Positions 28,716-38,946 of a DNA stretch of 64,000 nucleotides are shown one piece after another; the first letter of the stretch is position 1, and the number at the start of each line of letters is the position of its first letter. The DNA comes from a virus, in IMG/VR virus record IMGVR_UViG_3300024520_000049, positions 78,596-142,595 of that record; one strand, 5' to 3'. Under the pieces are notes generated by a model, which was not told where the DNA came from, searched no databases, and saw only the letters and a program-made list of their open reading frames with translations. The translations under genes and the position numbers were made by a program.

Positions 28716-30258
28716 GAACTTCCAGTTTCAACTACTTCGACATCTACGATTCTCTGAGGAGTTGTTAGATAGGGCCAGCAAGATCTTGGATCTCGCTGAC
28801 TTTGACCTACCTATATGTCAGATCCTGTGGGAGGCGCTGTTTACCTACTGGACCACGTATCATGAGCTTCCGACCAACGACACGTTGGAGCGGATGATCC
28901 TGAAAATCAACGACAACCATCATGGCGAGTTCCGCTCGCTGTTGGTGCCAGAAGAGCGGGCTGGACTTGCTAACCTGATGGCGTTTGTCCACAACCCGGC
29001 GGGTTCCGAGCTCACGGTGGGGTTCTTCAAAAACGAGCTCCCCAACTTCATTCGCTGGGTTCGATCCGCAAAGTTGATCGGCCGCGAACAGGAATCGCTG
29101 GTCAATGGCCAAGCGCCCTCCCTCCCCACACTGATGACAGAGCTAGAGGTGCTGCATCGGATGGGCCTTGCTGAAGATGAGGAATCCGGCTTCACAACAC
29201 TGCAAACTGATGACGGCATGATGCCGACACCAGATGACAGCTGCCGAGTCTCCTTGGGCTGCACTCGCCTTAATTTGATGTATGATGGCGGCGCGAAGCC
29301 TGGCGACCTATGTATGGTCACAGCGTGTACTGGGGTGGGCAAGACAGTTGCCCTTCTGAACTTCTGCCTGTCCGGTGTGTACGACGGCCACCGGGGGCTG
29401 TTCCTATCCTTGGAGCTGCGAGGCTCTGGTAAGGGTAATCAGATCTGCTCGCGTTTTGCAGCCATGGCTGGGTGCATAGCGGGGGAGACGATCAAACGGC
29501 CCATGACCACGTGGACCAAAGAAGAGCGAGCACGTCTCGCAGCAGCAAAGCATCCGGACAATCCCGTCAGCTCTCTGGCGACGTTTAAGGATTGCTCCAA
29601 GCGGGCGATAGAGCTTCGCGACATTGACCGTATTATCGGGGAGTGGAAGCAGCATGTCGTGGAGATTGACGGAGATGATGAGCGGTGCAGAGTTGTCTGC
29701 GTTGATTATCTAGACTCAATTAACTTCCCGCTGTCCAAAACGGGGTCAGAGTGGAACCAGAGAGATGACTACATGAAAGAGTTCAAGCGTATTGCCGAAC
29801 GTCATGGTGTGGTTATATGGACAGCGGCGCAGGGTAATCGTGACGCTTTGAAGAAGTCCGTCTTGGACCTAGGCGACACCGCTGGTGGTCTGCACAAGCA
29901 CAACTCCATGGACATCAGTATCTCTTTGGCTCTTCCCCGCGAAGAGCGGCTGTCCAGCGCACGGTATGAGGAGGCCCTGGAAGAGAATCCAGATGCAATC
30001 CTGCAAGGGTCGGACTTCCGTACCCTCGTCGTGGGTACACTGAAGTACCGCGAAGGTAATGACAAAGTACTATCTGTCGTGCAAGGCCCAAATCTACGGC
30101 TCTACGACACACGGAGTGATTACGCTCGGCATGACCATGCTGTTGGAGAGCTAGTTGAGAGAAAATATGATGGTCGTGATATGTATAAAGCAGGCGCGCT
30201 CAGCGGGTCTGTGGTTATCGACGTTGTTGAGGAACAAAACTTATTAGGTGCGCCATGA
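28663..30258 (+). CDS. DnaB-like replicative helicase
   Basis: ACTGVGKT, FLSLE, VCVDYLD, WTAAQGNR, LKYREG. Confidence 0.88.
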   Translation: MSDMVSTSSGWSGTFFDKNFQFQLLRHLRFSEELLDRASKILDLADFDLPICQILWEALFTYWTTYHELPTNDTLERMILKINDNHHGEFRSLLVPEERAGLANLMAFVHNPAGSELTVGFFKNELPNFIRWVRSAKLIGREQESLVNGQAPSLPTLMTELEVLHRMGLAEDEESGFTTLQTDDGMMPTPDDSCRVSLGCTRLNLMYDGGAKPGDLCMVTACTGVGKTVALLNFCLSGVYDGHRGLFLSLELRGSGKGNQICSRFAAMAGCIAGETIKRPMTTWTKEERARLAAAKHPDNPVSSLATFKDCSKRAIELRDIDRIIGEWKQHVVEIDGDDERCRVVCVDYLDSINFPLSKTGSEWNQRDDYMKEFKRIAERHGVVIWTAAQGNRDALKKSVLDLGDTAGGLHKHNSMDISISLALPREERLSSARYEEALEENPDAILQGSDFRTLVVGTLKYREGNDKVLSVVQGPNLRLYDTRSDYARHDHAVGELVERKYDGRDMYKAGALSGSVVIDVVEEQNLLGAP

Positions 30259-31268
30259 CATTTGAAGCAGCCATACGGGCCAGGTTCGGCTCGAAGTACC
30301 GGCGTTCACGCGGCCGAAACGGCGTGGAGTTCAAGGTGTGCTGCCCGTTCTGTCTACGGTACGGCAAGACACCTGATAAGTCCTACAAGCTGTATATAAA
30401 TCCCACGTTCCGTGGTGGTGTGTACAACTGCTACCGGTGCCCGGCCTCGGGTACGGTTGGTGAGCTCTTGGGGAAGATCAACGGCGAGGAGGTAGCGGTG
30501 CAGAAGAAAGAGGCGCCGCTACCTACAAACGTCGCCCCTCCAGGGCAGATGGTGGATCTGACGCAGCTGGAGGCGGACCATCCAGCGATCGCCTACCTCA
30601 CGCGGAGACGTTCTCGCGTGTTCGACCCCGCCTACATGTCATATTATTTCGGCGTGCAGTATTGCGCCGTCGGGCAGCGTTTCGGCAATGAGGTCGACTT
30701 CCTGTTTGACACTACCAACACGCTCATCTTCCCTGTGTACATGTTCGGCGACCTTGTAGGGTGGCAGGCACGTATGCTTGACGAGCCAGAGTCTCTGACG
30801 GATGAATTCCTGGAGATGAAAAGGTTCCCTAAGAATGAGGACGGGGAGTGGATACTCCCTCCAAAATATTACACGTCGCCCGGGTTCCCGAAAGGGCGGG
30901 TGATCTACAACTTCGATTTGGCGCGCCGGCATGAGGTTGGCGTGGTCAGCGAAGGAACTTTCGACGTTGCGGCCATCGGCACGCCCGGTATGGCGACGCT
31001 GGGCAAAGGGATCACAGAGTACCAAGCACGGCTGCTGAAGACCTACTTCAACAAAGTCGTTGTGGCTCTGGATCCGGACGCCAGTAAAGAGTCGAGTGCG
31101 ATCGTTGCAAACCTTCGCATGTCTATTGATGTTTACGAGATGGAGCTGGGCGAACAAGACCCAGGCGACATGCTCACAGATGATATCTGGAAAAACATCA
31201 GTAGCGGCCTTGAGCGGCGGCGCCTGTCGCAACAAGCGCACAACCCCCCAACCTCGGTGTATAATTAA
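30255..31268 (+). CDS. DNA primase (Zn finger + TOPRIM)
   Basis: CCPFC...CYRC, GWQAR, KYYT, SEGTFD, LDPDA, DPGD. Confidence 0.9.
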   Translation: MTFEAAIRARFGSKYRRSRGRNGVEFKVCCPFCLRYGKTPDKSYKLYINPTFRGGVYNCYRCPASGTVGELLGKINGEEVAVQKKEAPLPTNVAPPGQMVDLTQLEADHPAIAYLTRRRSRVFDPAYMSYYFGVQYCAVGQRFGNEVDFLFDTTNTLIFPVYMFGDLVGWQARMLDEPESLTDEFLEMKRFPKNEDGEWILPPKYYTSPGFPKGRVIYNFDLARRHEVGVVSEGTFDVAAIGTPGMATLGKGITEYQARLLKTYFNKVVVALDPDASKESSAIVANLRMSIDVYEMELGEQDPGDMLTDDIWKNISSGLERRRLSQQAHNPPTSVYN

Positions 31269-34055
31269 ATGGGTACAGTAAACTTTGAGTTGATAAGTAA
31301 TTACAAAAAATTGCCCGATCCAGGACCCGCGCCGTCACGAGCTGGTGATGTTGACGGAGTCCGGTGGATAGGCTACACGCACCTCCCGGTAGAGGGGGCG
31401 CGCACAATAATGTTCGTAGGGCAGAATCCTGCCCGCGATGAGCTGCGTATGCAGGCCCCCTTCATAGGGCCCGCGTCCCAGCTTCTGCTGGGGGAGGTCA
31501 AGAAATTAGGCCTCAGCAACTACACCACACATTTCACCTATGCTGTGAAGTATGGCACTAAAGATTTCGGCACGCCCAAAGTGTCCGACATCCGCGCCTG
31601 CCAGAAAGCGCTGTATGATGAAATCTATATGGTACAGCCGGACGTGATCGTACCGTTAGGCGCGTCTGCGCTGCGAGCTGTAGCTGGTAGCAAGTACAAG
31701 ATATCAGCTTACCGCGGGGCCGCGTTTGAGCTGGACTACCTGCCAGGCATAAAGGTCGTGCCGACTTGGCATCCTTCTTACATCATGCGGAATGTTGAGC
31801 ACCTTGACGCGTTCCGGGAAGACCTCGCCAATGCACTCACAGTTCTTGGTGGGGGCGTGTTAAAAAGCGGGGAGGTTGGAGAGTATGATCTGATCACCAA
31901 CCCTATGGAGCTGCAAGAGTTCTTGCTCAAGCTCGTAGACGCGGATAAAGATCAGCCGTTCATAAGAATAGCTGTTGACTGCGAGTGGCACGGATCAGAA
32001 GCTCTGCGCAATGACGGGTATTTGCGGCTGATCCAAATGACTGGCGCGGGTGGTGCGCTGACAGGCGTTATCAGGCTGTACCCTGAGGGCTCGCCAGACC
32101 GTCCGGTCGAACCCATGATACATTACCCTGACTGCATCAGCGTCACTGACACGGTGGATATCCTAAACCAGTTCTTGGGCGCCATGGGGTCGCGGGTTGG
32201 CATCGTAGGCCACAATGTGAAGGCTGACGGTATGTGGCTCTTGCACTATGGTGTGGACATCCGCCCGCATGTGTTTTACGACACCATGCTGGCGGAGCAC
32301 CTCATCTCGAATCTAGGACCATTCGGCCTATCAGAATTGACGCTGAAATACACGGACATGGGCAGGTACGATCTGCCTGTGATCGACTTCACCCGAGAAC
32401 ACCCGGAACTGATCGAAGGGGGCTACGGCTTCATACCGGACGATCTTCTGCTCCCGTACGCGGCAGGAGATACGATGGCGACGTTCAGAGTGATGGAGGC
32501 GCAAAAGGAGGCCATCCAGCGCTGTCTGGTTCCGCGGGGGCTACAAGGTCAGTACCCGTCGCTCCTCGCGGCCACGGTACGGCTGGGCTCCCACCTCTAT
32601 GAGCTGGAGCGGACCGGCATACCCATAGATTTGGTGCGCCTGGAAGAGCTAACAGCTGCCTATAACAACAAGCACCGGCAGCTGGTGAGCCAGATGCAGG
32701 CCATGGCGGCCGAGATGGGCTGGCTAGAGTTTAATCCGGGGTCAACGTTGCAGGTCCGAAATCTGCTCTTCAATACTAAAGAACACAATGGCCTGGGTTT
32801 AACCCCGGTAAAAAGTACAGGCAAGCGTTCAAAATCCTGGGAATGGGTAATGAGCCAATCCCCCGCCAAGCAGGCAGAGTACAACGCGTCCACGGACAAG
32901 GCCACACTTGAGCTGCTGGAAGAATATCACCCAATGGTTCGGCATCTGCTGAACATACGACGAGTTGATGTGATCTGTAAGAACTTCCTTAGAGAAGATA
33001 AGACAGGCGGCATACCCGGCAACATCTATGCGGACGGGCGCATCCACCCAGGCTTCGGCCAGCTGACAGACACTGGCCGGCTCAATAGCCGCAACCCGAA
33101 TGTCCAGAACTGGCCGAAAGCCAGCGAAGGCTACATCGCTGAAATATTCTCGGGGGAAGAGGCCCCGAAGTCGCTGCGGTCTATTATTCTGGAAACCTTG
33201 CCAGGATGGGTGATCATTGAGGCGGACTTCAAGCAGGCTGAGTTGTTTGTTCTTGGGGGCATGGCAGATGATCTGGTCATGCTCTCTGCACTAAACACAC
33301 CTGGGAAGGATCTTCACGACATTACAGCGGTGGACTCATTCGGTCTGCAAGTGTTTATGCCAGACGGCTCTGCTGTTGACGATAATGCCATGCTGGCCCT
33401 TGCGGCCACAGACATGGACGCATTCGTGAAGTTGCAGAAATCGTTGGTTTATGTAGACCCTAAAGGTAAGAGGATGACCAGAGATGAGTTCAAATCTACC
33501 ATCAGGGTATCGGCGAAAGCCATCAACTTCGGTATACCTTACGGACGTGGTGCAGGCGCAATTGCTATGCAGGTAAATGCCACCACGGGCCTTGGAGTAA
33601 CGAAAGAAGAAATCCAGATAGGTCTGGATGGGTGGAAATCCACCTACAAAGTGGCGTGGGCGTGCATGGTGAGATATCAAACCGACGCAAACACGCTGGG
33701 TTATGTTGAGAGTCCGTGGGGGCGCCGTCGGCACTTCCGCAAAGCTACGAACAGAGCAGAAGAGGGTGCGAATGCGCGCGAGGCTGCTAACTTCCCTATC
33801 CAGTCGACTGTTGCCGATACAATGGCGATCGCTGCAGACCGGCTGAGTAACATACGACAGAGGGAGGGCCTGAGTTTTAGGCTCTTCAATCAAGTACACG
33901 ATGCGTTCCTATTCGCCCTCCCCGAGGGTGAAGTAGAAGCGACGACCAAAGCGATTCACGAAGGTATGGGCGGCATTGACATCCCGATGCCGTCTGGGAA
34001 GCCTCTACGCCTTGAGATAGACGTAGATGTGTTCACTAGATGGGGTGAAAAGTAA
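31269..34055 (+). CDS. family A DNA polymerase with N-terminal uracil-DNA-glycosylase-like domain and 3'-5' exonuclease
   Basis: UDG: FVGQNP..DE..PFIGP, PTWHPSY; exo: DCE, GHNVKAD, YAAGD; pol: TGRLNS.NPNVQN, DFKQAEL, KAINFGIPYG, QVHDA. Confidence 0.93.
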   Translation: MGTVNFELISNYKKLPDPGPAPSRAGDVDGVRWIGYTHLPVEGARTIMFVGQNPARDELRMQAPFIGPASQLLLGEVKKLGLSNYTTHFTYAVKYGTKDFGTPKVSDIRACQKALYDEIYMVQPDVIVPLGASALRAVAGSKYKISAYRGAAFELDYLPGIKVVPTWHPSYIMRNVEHLDAFREDLANALTVLGGGVLKSGEVGEYDLITNPMELQEFLLKLVDADKDQPFIRIAVDCEWHGSEALRNDGYLRLIQMTGAGGALTGVIRLYPEGSPDRPVEPMIHYPDCISVTDTVDILNQFLGAMGSRVGIVGHNVKADGMWLLHYGVDIRPHVFYDTMLAEHLISNLGPFGLSELTLKYTDMGRYDLPVIDFTREHPELIEGGYGFIPDDLLLPYAAGDTMATFRVMEAQKEAIQRCLVPRGLQGQYPSLLAATVRLGSHLYELERTGIPIDLVRLEELTAAYNNKHRQLVSQMQAMAAEMGWLEFNPGSTLQVRNLLFNTKEHNGLGLTPVKSTGKRSKSWEWVMSQSPAKQAEYNASTDKATLELLEEYHPMVRHLLNIRRVDVICKNFLREDKTGGIPGNIYADGRIHPGFGQLTDTGRLNSRNPNVQNWPKASEGYIAEIFSGEEAPKSLRSIILETLPGWVIIEADFKQAELFVLGGMADDLVMLSALNTPGKDLHDITAVDSFGLQVFMPDGSAVDDNAMLALAATDMDAFVKLQKSLVYVDPKGKRMTRDEFKSTIRVSAKAINFGIPYGRGAGAIAMQVNATTGLGVTKEEIQIGLDGWKSTYKVAWACMVRYQTDANTLGYVESPWGRRRHFRKATNRAEEGANAREAANFPIQSTVADTMAIAADRLSNIRQREGLSFRLFNQVHDAFLFALPEGEVEATTKAIHEGMGGIDIPMPSGKPLRLEIDVDVFTRWGEK

Positions 34056-34067
34056 AAGGAGAAATCA

Positions 34068-35507
34068 ATGTATGATTTGAACAAACAGGTAGCAACGAGC
34101 GCGTCCAACGCAGGTGGTCGCGGTATTTTCAAACAAGGGGTGAAGAAGCGCTTCTTGAACGTGAAGGATGGTGTCACTACGCACTTTCGCGTGATGCCAG
34201 CGCACAACCCTGGACACCTGCAGCAAAACGCGGACGGCGAGTACGTCGCCACAGACCCGCAGTCATGGGTCTACTTCCGCAATCCAGAAGATGGGCTGCT
34301 CACACACTGGGCTCGGCTTATCTTCGTATCGGCCTTTGTTGGTCACGGGTCGGCGAAGGCTGGCGGTCGGCGAGACATCTTGTCTCCACTCACATACGGA
34401 CCAGATCTGGAACACACCCCAGTCTGCCCTGTCACCAAGGTCGCGGAGTTTGCTCAGCGCACCCCAGAGTGGAAGTACCTGACAGAAGACGTGAAGGACG
34501 GCAGCGGTCAGTTTGTTGACCGCAAAGCAATCCAAGCGCCAAGCGAGCAGCTGATCATGAATGTCCTGATGCCCAACGCTCTGGAGGAAGGCTGCGTAAT
34601 CGGGCTGCTGTCCAAGAGTGGCTACATCTCTCTGCTCGGTAAGCAGGGTCTGGCTAATCAGGTGAATTCGGCGATTACTCCGGATATACTCAAGATTAAC
34701 CCTATGGCTCGCTTCTCCTGCGGGGATTTAACACATCCCACGGAAGCTCCGCTGCTCTCGTTGACCAAGGAGAACACGGGCACGTACGGCAAGTACATCA
34801 TCAGCCTGACACAGCTGCCTAATCATGAGGTACGACGTCTGCCTGCTCCTCCGGAGATCATGGCTCAGCGTATCCCTCTCGCCAGCACACGGTCGCTATT
34901 CCCCATACGCACCGAGCAGGAAATCGTGGATGAGCTCTGCCAGCTCCTTAACGGGGTGTCCCCGGCCGGGCTTCACGAGCATGAGCTCATCAAGGCGGCT
35001 GTAGGTGAAATGTTCCACGTGCCTGATCCGCCAACACGAGCCTACACTCAGGGCTTCAGCCAACCGCAGCCTGGTGTTGCGATGCCGGGCCAGCCCGCGC
35101 ATCCACCGTTCCCTGGTGGCGGCGCGCCAAGTGGTGTGCCACTGGGAGGTATGCCGACCCCAACTACTGGGGTAGCTCCGCAGCAGGCAGCGATGCCTAG
35201 TACAGCAGTTCCAACTGCTGTACCCACGGCGGCTCCAACCGCAGCACCAACTGCTGCCCCTACCGCAGCACCCACGGCGCCGGCAGCGCCTGCGGCCGCT
35301 CCAACACCGGCCGCCCCGGCACAAGCTCCGCCAGGTATGGCTCAATCAGCTATGCCTGCACAGCCGGTTCCCACCGGGTTCGCTGGCCCTCCGCCAGCGC
35401 CCACAACACCGCCGGCAGCAGCGTCTGCCCCGGTGCCAGGAGAAACGCCACCTGGGTATAACCGGGATGAGTTCCTCAATAAGCTGAACAATGGCAATCA
35501 AGCTTAG
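34068..35507 (+). CDS. putative single-stranded DNA-binding protein with Pro/Ala-rich disordered tail
   Basis: Position between polymerase and recombinase; FRVMPA and CPV motifs as in gp32-like SSBs; PTAA repeats. Confidence 0.55.
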   Translation: MYDLNKQVATSASNAGGRGIFKQGVKKRFLNVKDGVTTHFRVMPAHNPGHLQQNADGEYVATDPQSWVYFRNPEDGLLTHWARLIFVSAFVGHGSAKAGGRRDILSPLTYGPDLEHTPVCPVTKVAEFAQRTPEWKYLTEDVKDGSGQFVDRKAIQAPSEQLIMNVLMPNALEEGCVIGLLSKSGYISLLGKQGLANQVNSAITPDILKINPMARFSCGDLTHPTEAPLLSLTKENTGTYGKYIISLTQLPNHEVRRLPAPPEIMAQRIPLASTRSLFPIRTEQEIVDELCQLLNGVSPAGLHEHELIKAAVGEMFHVPDPPTRAYTQGFSQPQPGVAMPGQPAHPPFPGGGAPSGVPLGGMPTPTTGVAPQQAAMPSTAVPTAVPTAAPTAAPTAAPTAAPTAPAAPAAAPTPAAPAQAPPGMAQSAMPAQPVPTGFAGPPPAPTTPPAAASAPVPGETPPGYNRDEFLNKLNNGNQA

Positions 35508-35522
35508 AGGTAGAAAGAAAAC

Positions 35523-35548
35523 AGGGGCAGCCTTTCGGGGCTGCCCCT
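35523..35548 (+). terminator. hairpin/terminator
   Basis: AGGGGCAGCC-TTTCGG-GGCTGCCCCT. Confidence 0.7.
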
Positions 35549-35566
35549 TATTTGTGAAGGAGCTCT

Positions 35567-36754
35567 ATGGCTAGGAAAAAGAAGAAAGACGAAATCCCTA
35601 CTACCATTGAAGGCGGCGTCGGCTTCCTGCTAAAGAAGCTTGAGATAGCATCAAAGGCTCGCGCAACAATGAGGGCCACAGACGTATCTGCCACCTGGCG
35701 GTACATCGACTTTACGGATGTGTCCAAGAACCGGCCCTGCCTACCCTTGGAGTATCTGTACGGGACTCGAGGACTCATATGTGGCCGTATTGTAAAATAC
35801 AACGCAGTACACGCTGCGGGTAAGTCTGCGTCCATCTTCATGAACTATGCGATGGGCCAAAGACAGGGTGTTTGGGCAACGCACCTGGAATCAGAAGAGA
35901 CACCACCCCCGCCCGATTTTCAGCGGCATTTGGGGTGTAATCCAAAAGAACTCATTGTGCAGTTTCCGCACAATGTGTCAAATTGCCTCGACGAGGCGGA
36001 GACGTTCATCCGCACGGTACGGGAGAGCTTAGACCCAGATAAGAAGCATCCTATTATTGTGGGTATCGACTCAGTAAGTGGTCTGGCATCTAAGACACTA
36101 AACCCCTCTGCGGCAGAAAAGAAGGAAGAGAATAAGCAGGGCAAGGTGGCTTTCCACTCCCGCGCGTTCAGTGAGTTCTTCCGGGAGAAGCTGCCTATGT
36201 TTAAGGAGTATGACGCAGTCATGGTATCCAGCGGGCAGCTGAAAGCAGACATCGGCGCAGCCAGTGTTTTCGGGGCTAAAGGCCCTCAGCAAACGAGTCT
36301 GGCCGATGCGCCATTCTCCTACCACGCCAGCTGGACTGTGGAGATCACACATGGTAAGTGGTGGGTCGAAGGTGTCGGTGACATCGGCGAGACGATCACC
36401 TGCCGCACCACCAAAAATAAGCTGGCCTCTCGGGGTCGGATGATAAAGATACATCTGCTTAAGCCAGAGCTTGCCGGCGGGGATGTAGGGTGGGACTTCA
36501 CCGAAGCTCACAAGACGTTGTTCCTTAAGGCTAAGCCTTTTGACGAAGACACCTACACGAACTCCGGCGGGTGGCACAAGCACCCTAAACTGAATGGCGG
36601 GAAAAGCGTGCAAAACTTCACGGAGTTTCTTGACCTGATGTACGACAATGAGGAAGTGCTCATGGAGTGCCGGCGGAACTTGCGTATTCGCGGATTCGGC
36701 CTGGATTTTGAAGCCCCGTATATTGCGGAGGAGCCCGATGCCGGAGATTCCTGA
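35567..36754 (+). CDS. RecA/UvsX-like recombinase
   Basis: GLICGRIV, variant Walker A AVHAAGKS, HLESE, IVGIDSVSGL, TKNKL. Confidence 0.85.
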   Translation: MARKKKKDEIPTTIEGGVGFLLKKLEIASKARATMRATDVSATWRYIDFTDVSKNRPCLPLEYLYGTRGLICGRIVKYNAVHAAGKSASIFMNYAMGQRQGVWATHLESEETPPPPDFQRHLGCNPKELIVQFPHNVSNCLDEAETFIRTVRESLDPDKKHPIIVGIDSVSGLASKTLNPSAAEKKEENKQGKVAFHSRAFSEFFREKLPMFKEYDAVMVSSGQLKADIGAASVFGAKGPQQTSLADAPFSYHASWTVEITHGKWWVEGVGDIGETITCRTTKNKLASRGRMIKIHLLKPELAGGDVGWDFTEAHKTLFLKAKPFDEDTYTNSGGWHKHPKLNGGKSVQNFTEFLDLMYDNEEVLMECRRNLRIRGFGLDFEAPYIAEEPDAGDS

Positions 36755-37265
36755 GCATATACGAGACAAGATACTCTCGCGTAGTAACTACGCAGTAGAG
36801 GAGAAGCTTGCCAGGCGGGTCCGAGCAGCACTCGGGCTCCGTCCAGCGAGTCTCAAAGCGCTGCGGCGCGATCGCATGAACGAGACAGACAAGGGCTACG
36901 CCACCGACTGGGAGCTTGTACGAGATATCCTCTACGACTTGCTACCCGGTTTGCTGGAGGGCGGCAGGAAGAAGCCGCTGCACGTCTTCTCCTCGCGGTG
37001 CGTTAAAGAGACGGAAGATCATATCCGCTTTGCGTACCCGCCGGACAAGGGCCTACCCACTGTGCCTACGTTCTTCATCATATACCCTGGCGGTGACGTC
37101 AGTGTTGTCACACTTATGCTCCGGGCCAGTTTACCAGCTGTCCCGGGGAAGTTTTCGGTGCGCCCGTTCCATGGGCTTATCGTCGCCGTGGACAGGCCAT
37201 TAGCGGACTTTGCAGAACCTTTGCAAGAAGCCGCAGAGTGCTGGAAACGTCACCATAATGTGTAG
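36738..37265 (+). CDS. hypothetical protein
   Basis: GGAGGAG RBS before ATG 36738. Confidence 0.65.
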   Translation: MPEIPEHIRDKILSRSNYAVEEKLARRVRAALGLRPASLKALRRDRMNETDKGYATDWELVRDILYDLLPGLLEGGRKKPLHVFSSRCVKETEDHIRFAYPPDKGLPTVPTFFIIYPGGDVSVVTLMLRASLPAVPGKFSVRPFHGLIVAVDRPLADFAEPLQEAAECWKRHHNV

Positions 37266-37611
37266 CGACGTGCTCGTGTTAGAGCATTCAGGAGAATCCG
37301 CAGACCCCTGCAAGGTGGTGTCTGCGGACTACCGGGCGGTGTTTCGCATACCCCCCGACGAACTGGCCGCACGGTCAGTCACTGAGGTTATCGCGTATTT
37401 CCTAACGGAGTCGCGAAGCCCCGGCTGGAACTCGCAAATGCGGGCACCAATCAAAATCGGGGATATTATCTGGATCCCCAAAGAGAGTATTCTAGGCGGC
37501 GCCTGGATGATATGCCCGGTATCGCCACACCGCACCGGTTTGATGTTCACGCAGTGGCCAGACTACACTGCGAAACCTGTTGAAATTAACTTCGAGGAGA
37601 TTGCTATATGA
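37258..37611 (+). CDS. hypothetical protein
   Basis: Overlaps both neighbours. Confidence 0.6.
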   Translation: MCSDVLVLEHSGESADPCKVVSADYRAVFRIPPDELAARSVTEVIAYFLTESRSPGWNSQMRAPIKIGDIIWIPKESILGGAWMICPVSPHRTGLMFTQWPDYTAKPVEINFEEIAI

Positions 37612-38270
37612 CAAACCCGTCGGGGCTGGAGAGACTTGCATTTATGTACTGCCTCACAGCCATAGATCACGAAGAGGTTGAGCGGGCCAAAGGTGGTCAG
37701 CTTGTATTCCCAAAGGACGATCCATACACCGCAGACACCCTCTCAGCTCGGGAGAACTGGTTTGAAGAGGAAGCCAGAAAGTACGATCGATTCCGTCAGG
37801 TGGTTCGCGTCACCCTGCTGTGCCCCCCGCACGATTGTGTTTCCTTATTTAGCGCGGACGAGGCATCATTGCTCTCTCAGCTATGGGACGCACTCGCAAG
37901 CTACGGGGTAGGAGGGTATCGTGAAGTCGCGGGCTGGGAGGTTCAAGAACGGACCTGGCCGACGCTACTTAACCGTAGCCTTGTTAATGGTGTGCAGATC
38001 CCTGCATGGGCTAAACACGACCTAACCAGGCGCTGGCCGGTTATCCAGCTCCACGACATAAGCCAGATCTACAAGTCTGGTGCGTCCCATTACAACAGAC
38101 CCCTGCCAAAAATGGAGCACGTGCTACGCTTCTGGCTGGGCGAGGACTTCCCCTGCGAGTCTGACCTGCAGATTGCTGCGAGTGTCTACCCGCAGCGGGA
38201 GGAATTGAAGCATCAAACTTGTCAGTACGTTGATGGTATGTGCAGAGCAGTAGCCCGGTACATTGCGTAG
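37608..38270 (+). CDS. PolB-type 3'-5' exonuclease-like protein, probably catalytically degenerate
   Basis: DEASLLSQLW, VAGWEVQERTWPTLLNRSLVNGVQIP resemble ExoII context but lack the FD acidic residue. Confidence 0.45.
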   Translation: MTNPSGLERLAFMYCLTAIDHEEVERAKGGQLVFPKDDPYTADTLSARENWFEEEARKYDRFRQVVRVTLLCPPHDCVSLFSADEASLLSQLWDALASYGVGGYREVAGWEVQERTWPTLLNRSLVNGVQIPAWAKHDLTRRWPVIQLHDISQIYKSGASHYNRPLPKMEHVLRFWLGEDFPCESDLQIAASVYPQREELKHQTCQYVDGMCRAVARYIA

Positions 38271-38276
38271 CAACTA

Positions 38277-38912
38277 ATGACAAGAACCACTGAACGATAC
38301 GTGTATAATGGTCCGGTACCTCCGGACAACACAGATACCAACTTTAAGCCTAACCGATACATCCTTGCCTACGCTCAGAAAACGGTTAAACCCGGTGGAC
38401 GTATCCTGGATTACGGGGCCGGCAGATATGCCCGCAACGCTAAAGGTTTGCGGGAGTTGGGATTCGAAGTTTACGCGTATGATCCTTATGAACATAAGTG
38501 CAGTGGCGACGGGTGGGCAGGAGTCTCTGAGGACTTGCCCGTAGGTGAGCGGTTTGATCTCGTGTTCAGCGCGTATGTGCTGAACGTAGTGACAGAGGCT
38601 GTTGAGCAGACTTTGGACTTTTCGGACTTTGGTCCGGACGTTCACTGGGCGCGCGGCTCTGACATACTCAAAATGGCGCGCGGCGCACTCAACGTAAAGC
38701 GCAAAGGTCGCGTGTTTGAGTTTTTCATGGATACTTTCGCTAAGGTTCACCCCACGGCGGGAGAGGAGATGGAACATGGAGAGGTTACCGAGGACACACT
38801 CATGCAGTTCTGTGAACATGGCATGATCACCATACGGGGGTTCCAGAGAATTCCCAGCCCTCCTGGGTATGTTAGGATTCCACAGGGAAGTAGCAGTTTG
38901 TTTTTGAAATAG
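38277..38912 (+). CDS. class I SAM-dependent methyltransferase
   Basis: ILDYGAGR, YAYDPY, FDLVFSAYVLNVV. Confidence 0.85.
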   Translation: MTRTTERYVYNGPVPPDNTDTNFKPNRYILAYAQKTVKPGGRILDYGAGRYARNAKGLRELGFEVYAYDPYEHKCSGDGWAGVSEDLPVGERFDLVFSAYVLNVVTEAVEQTLDFSDFGPDVHWARGSDILKMARGALNVKRKGRVFEFFMDTFAKVHPTAGEEMEHGEVTEDTLMQFCEHGMITIRGFQRIPSPPGYVRIPQGSSSLFLK

Positions 38913-38946
38913 GAAAATGATATGAAAGAACAGGTAAAGAGGTCAT

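Noticed and set aside
31269-34055. Intein or intron in the polymerase, helicases or terminase
   Set aside because: Motif spacing is normal; no C..HN-C/S/T splice junctions or LAGLIDADG blocks seen.
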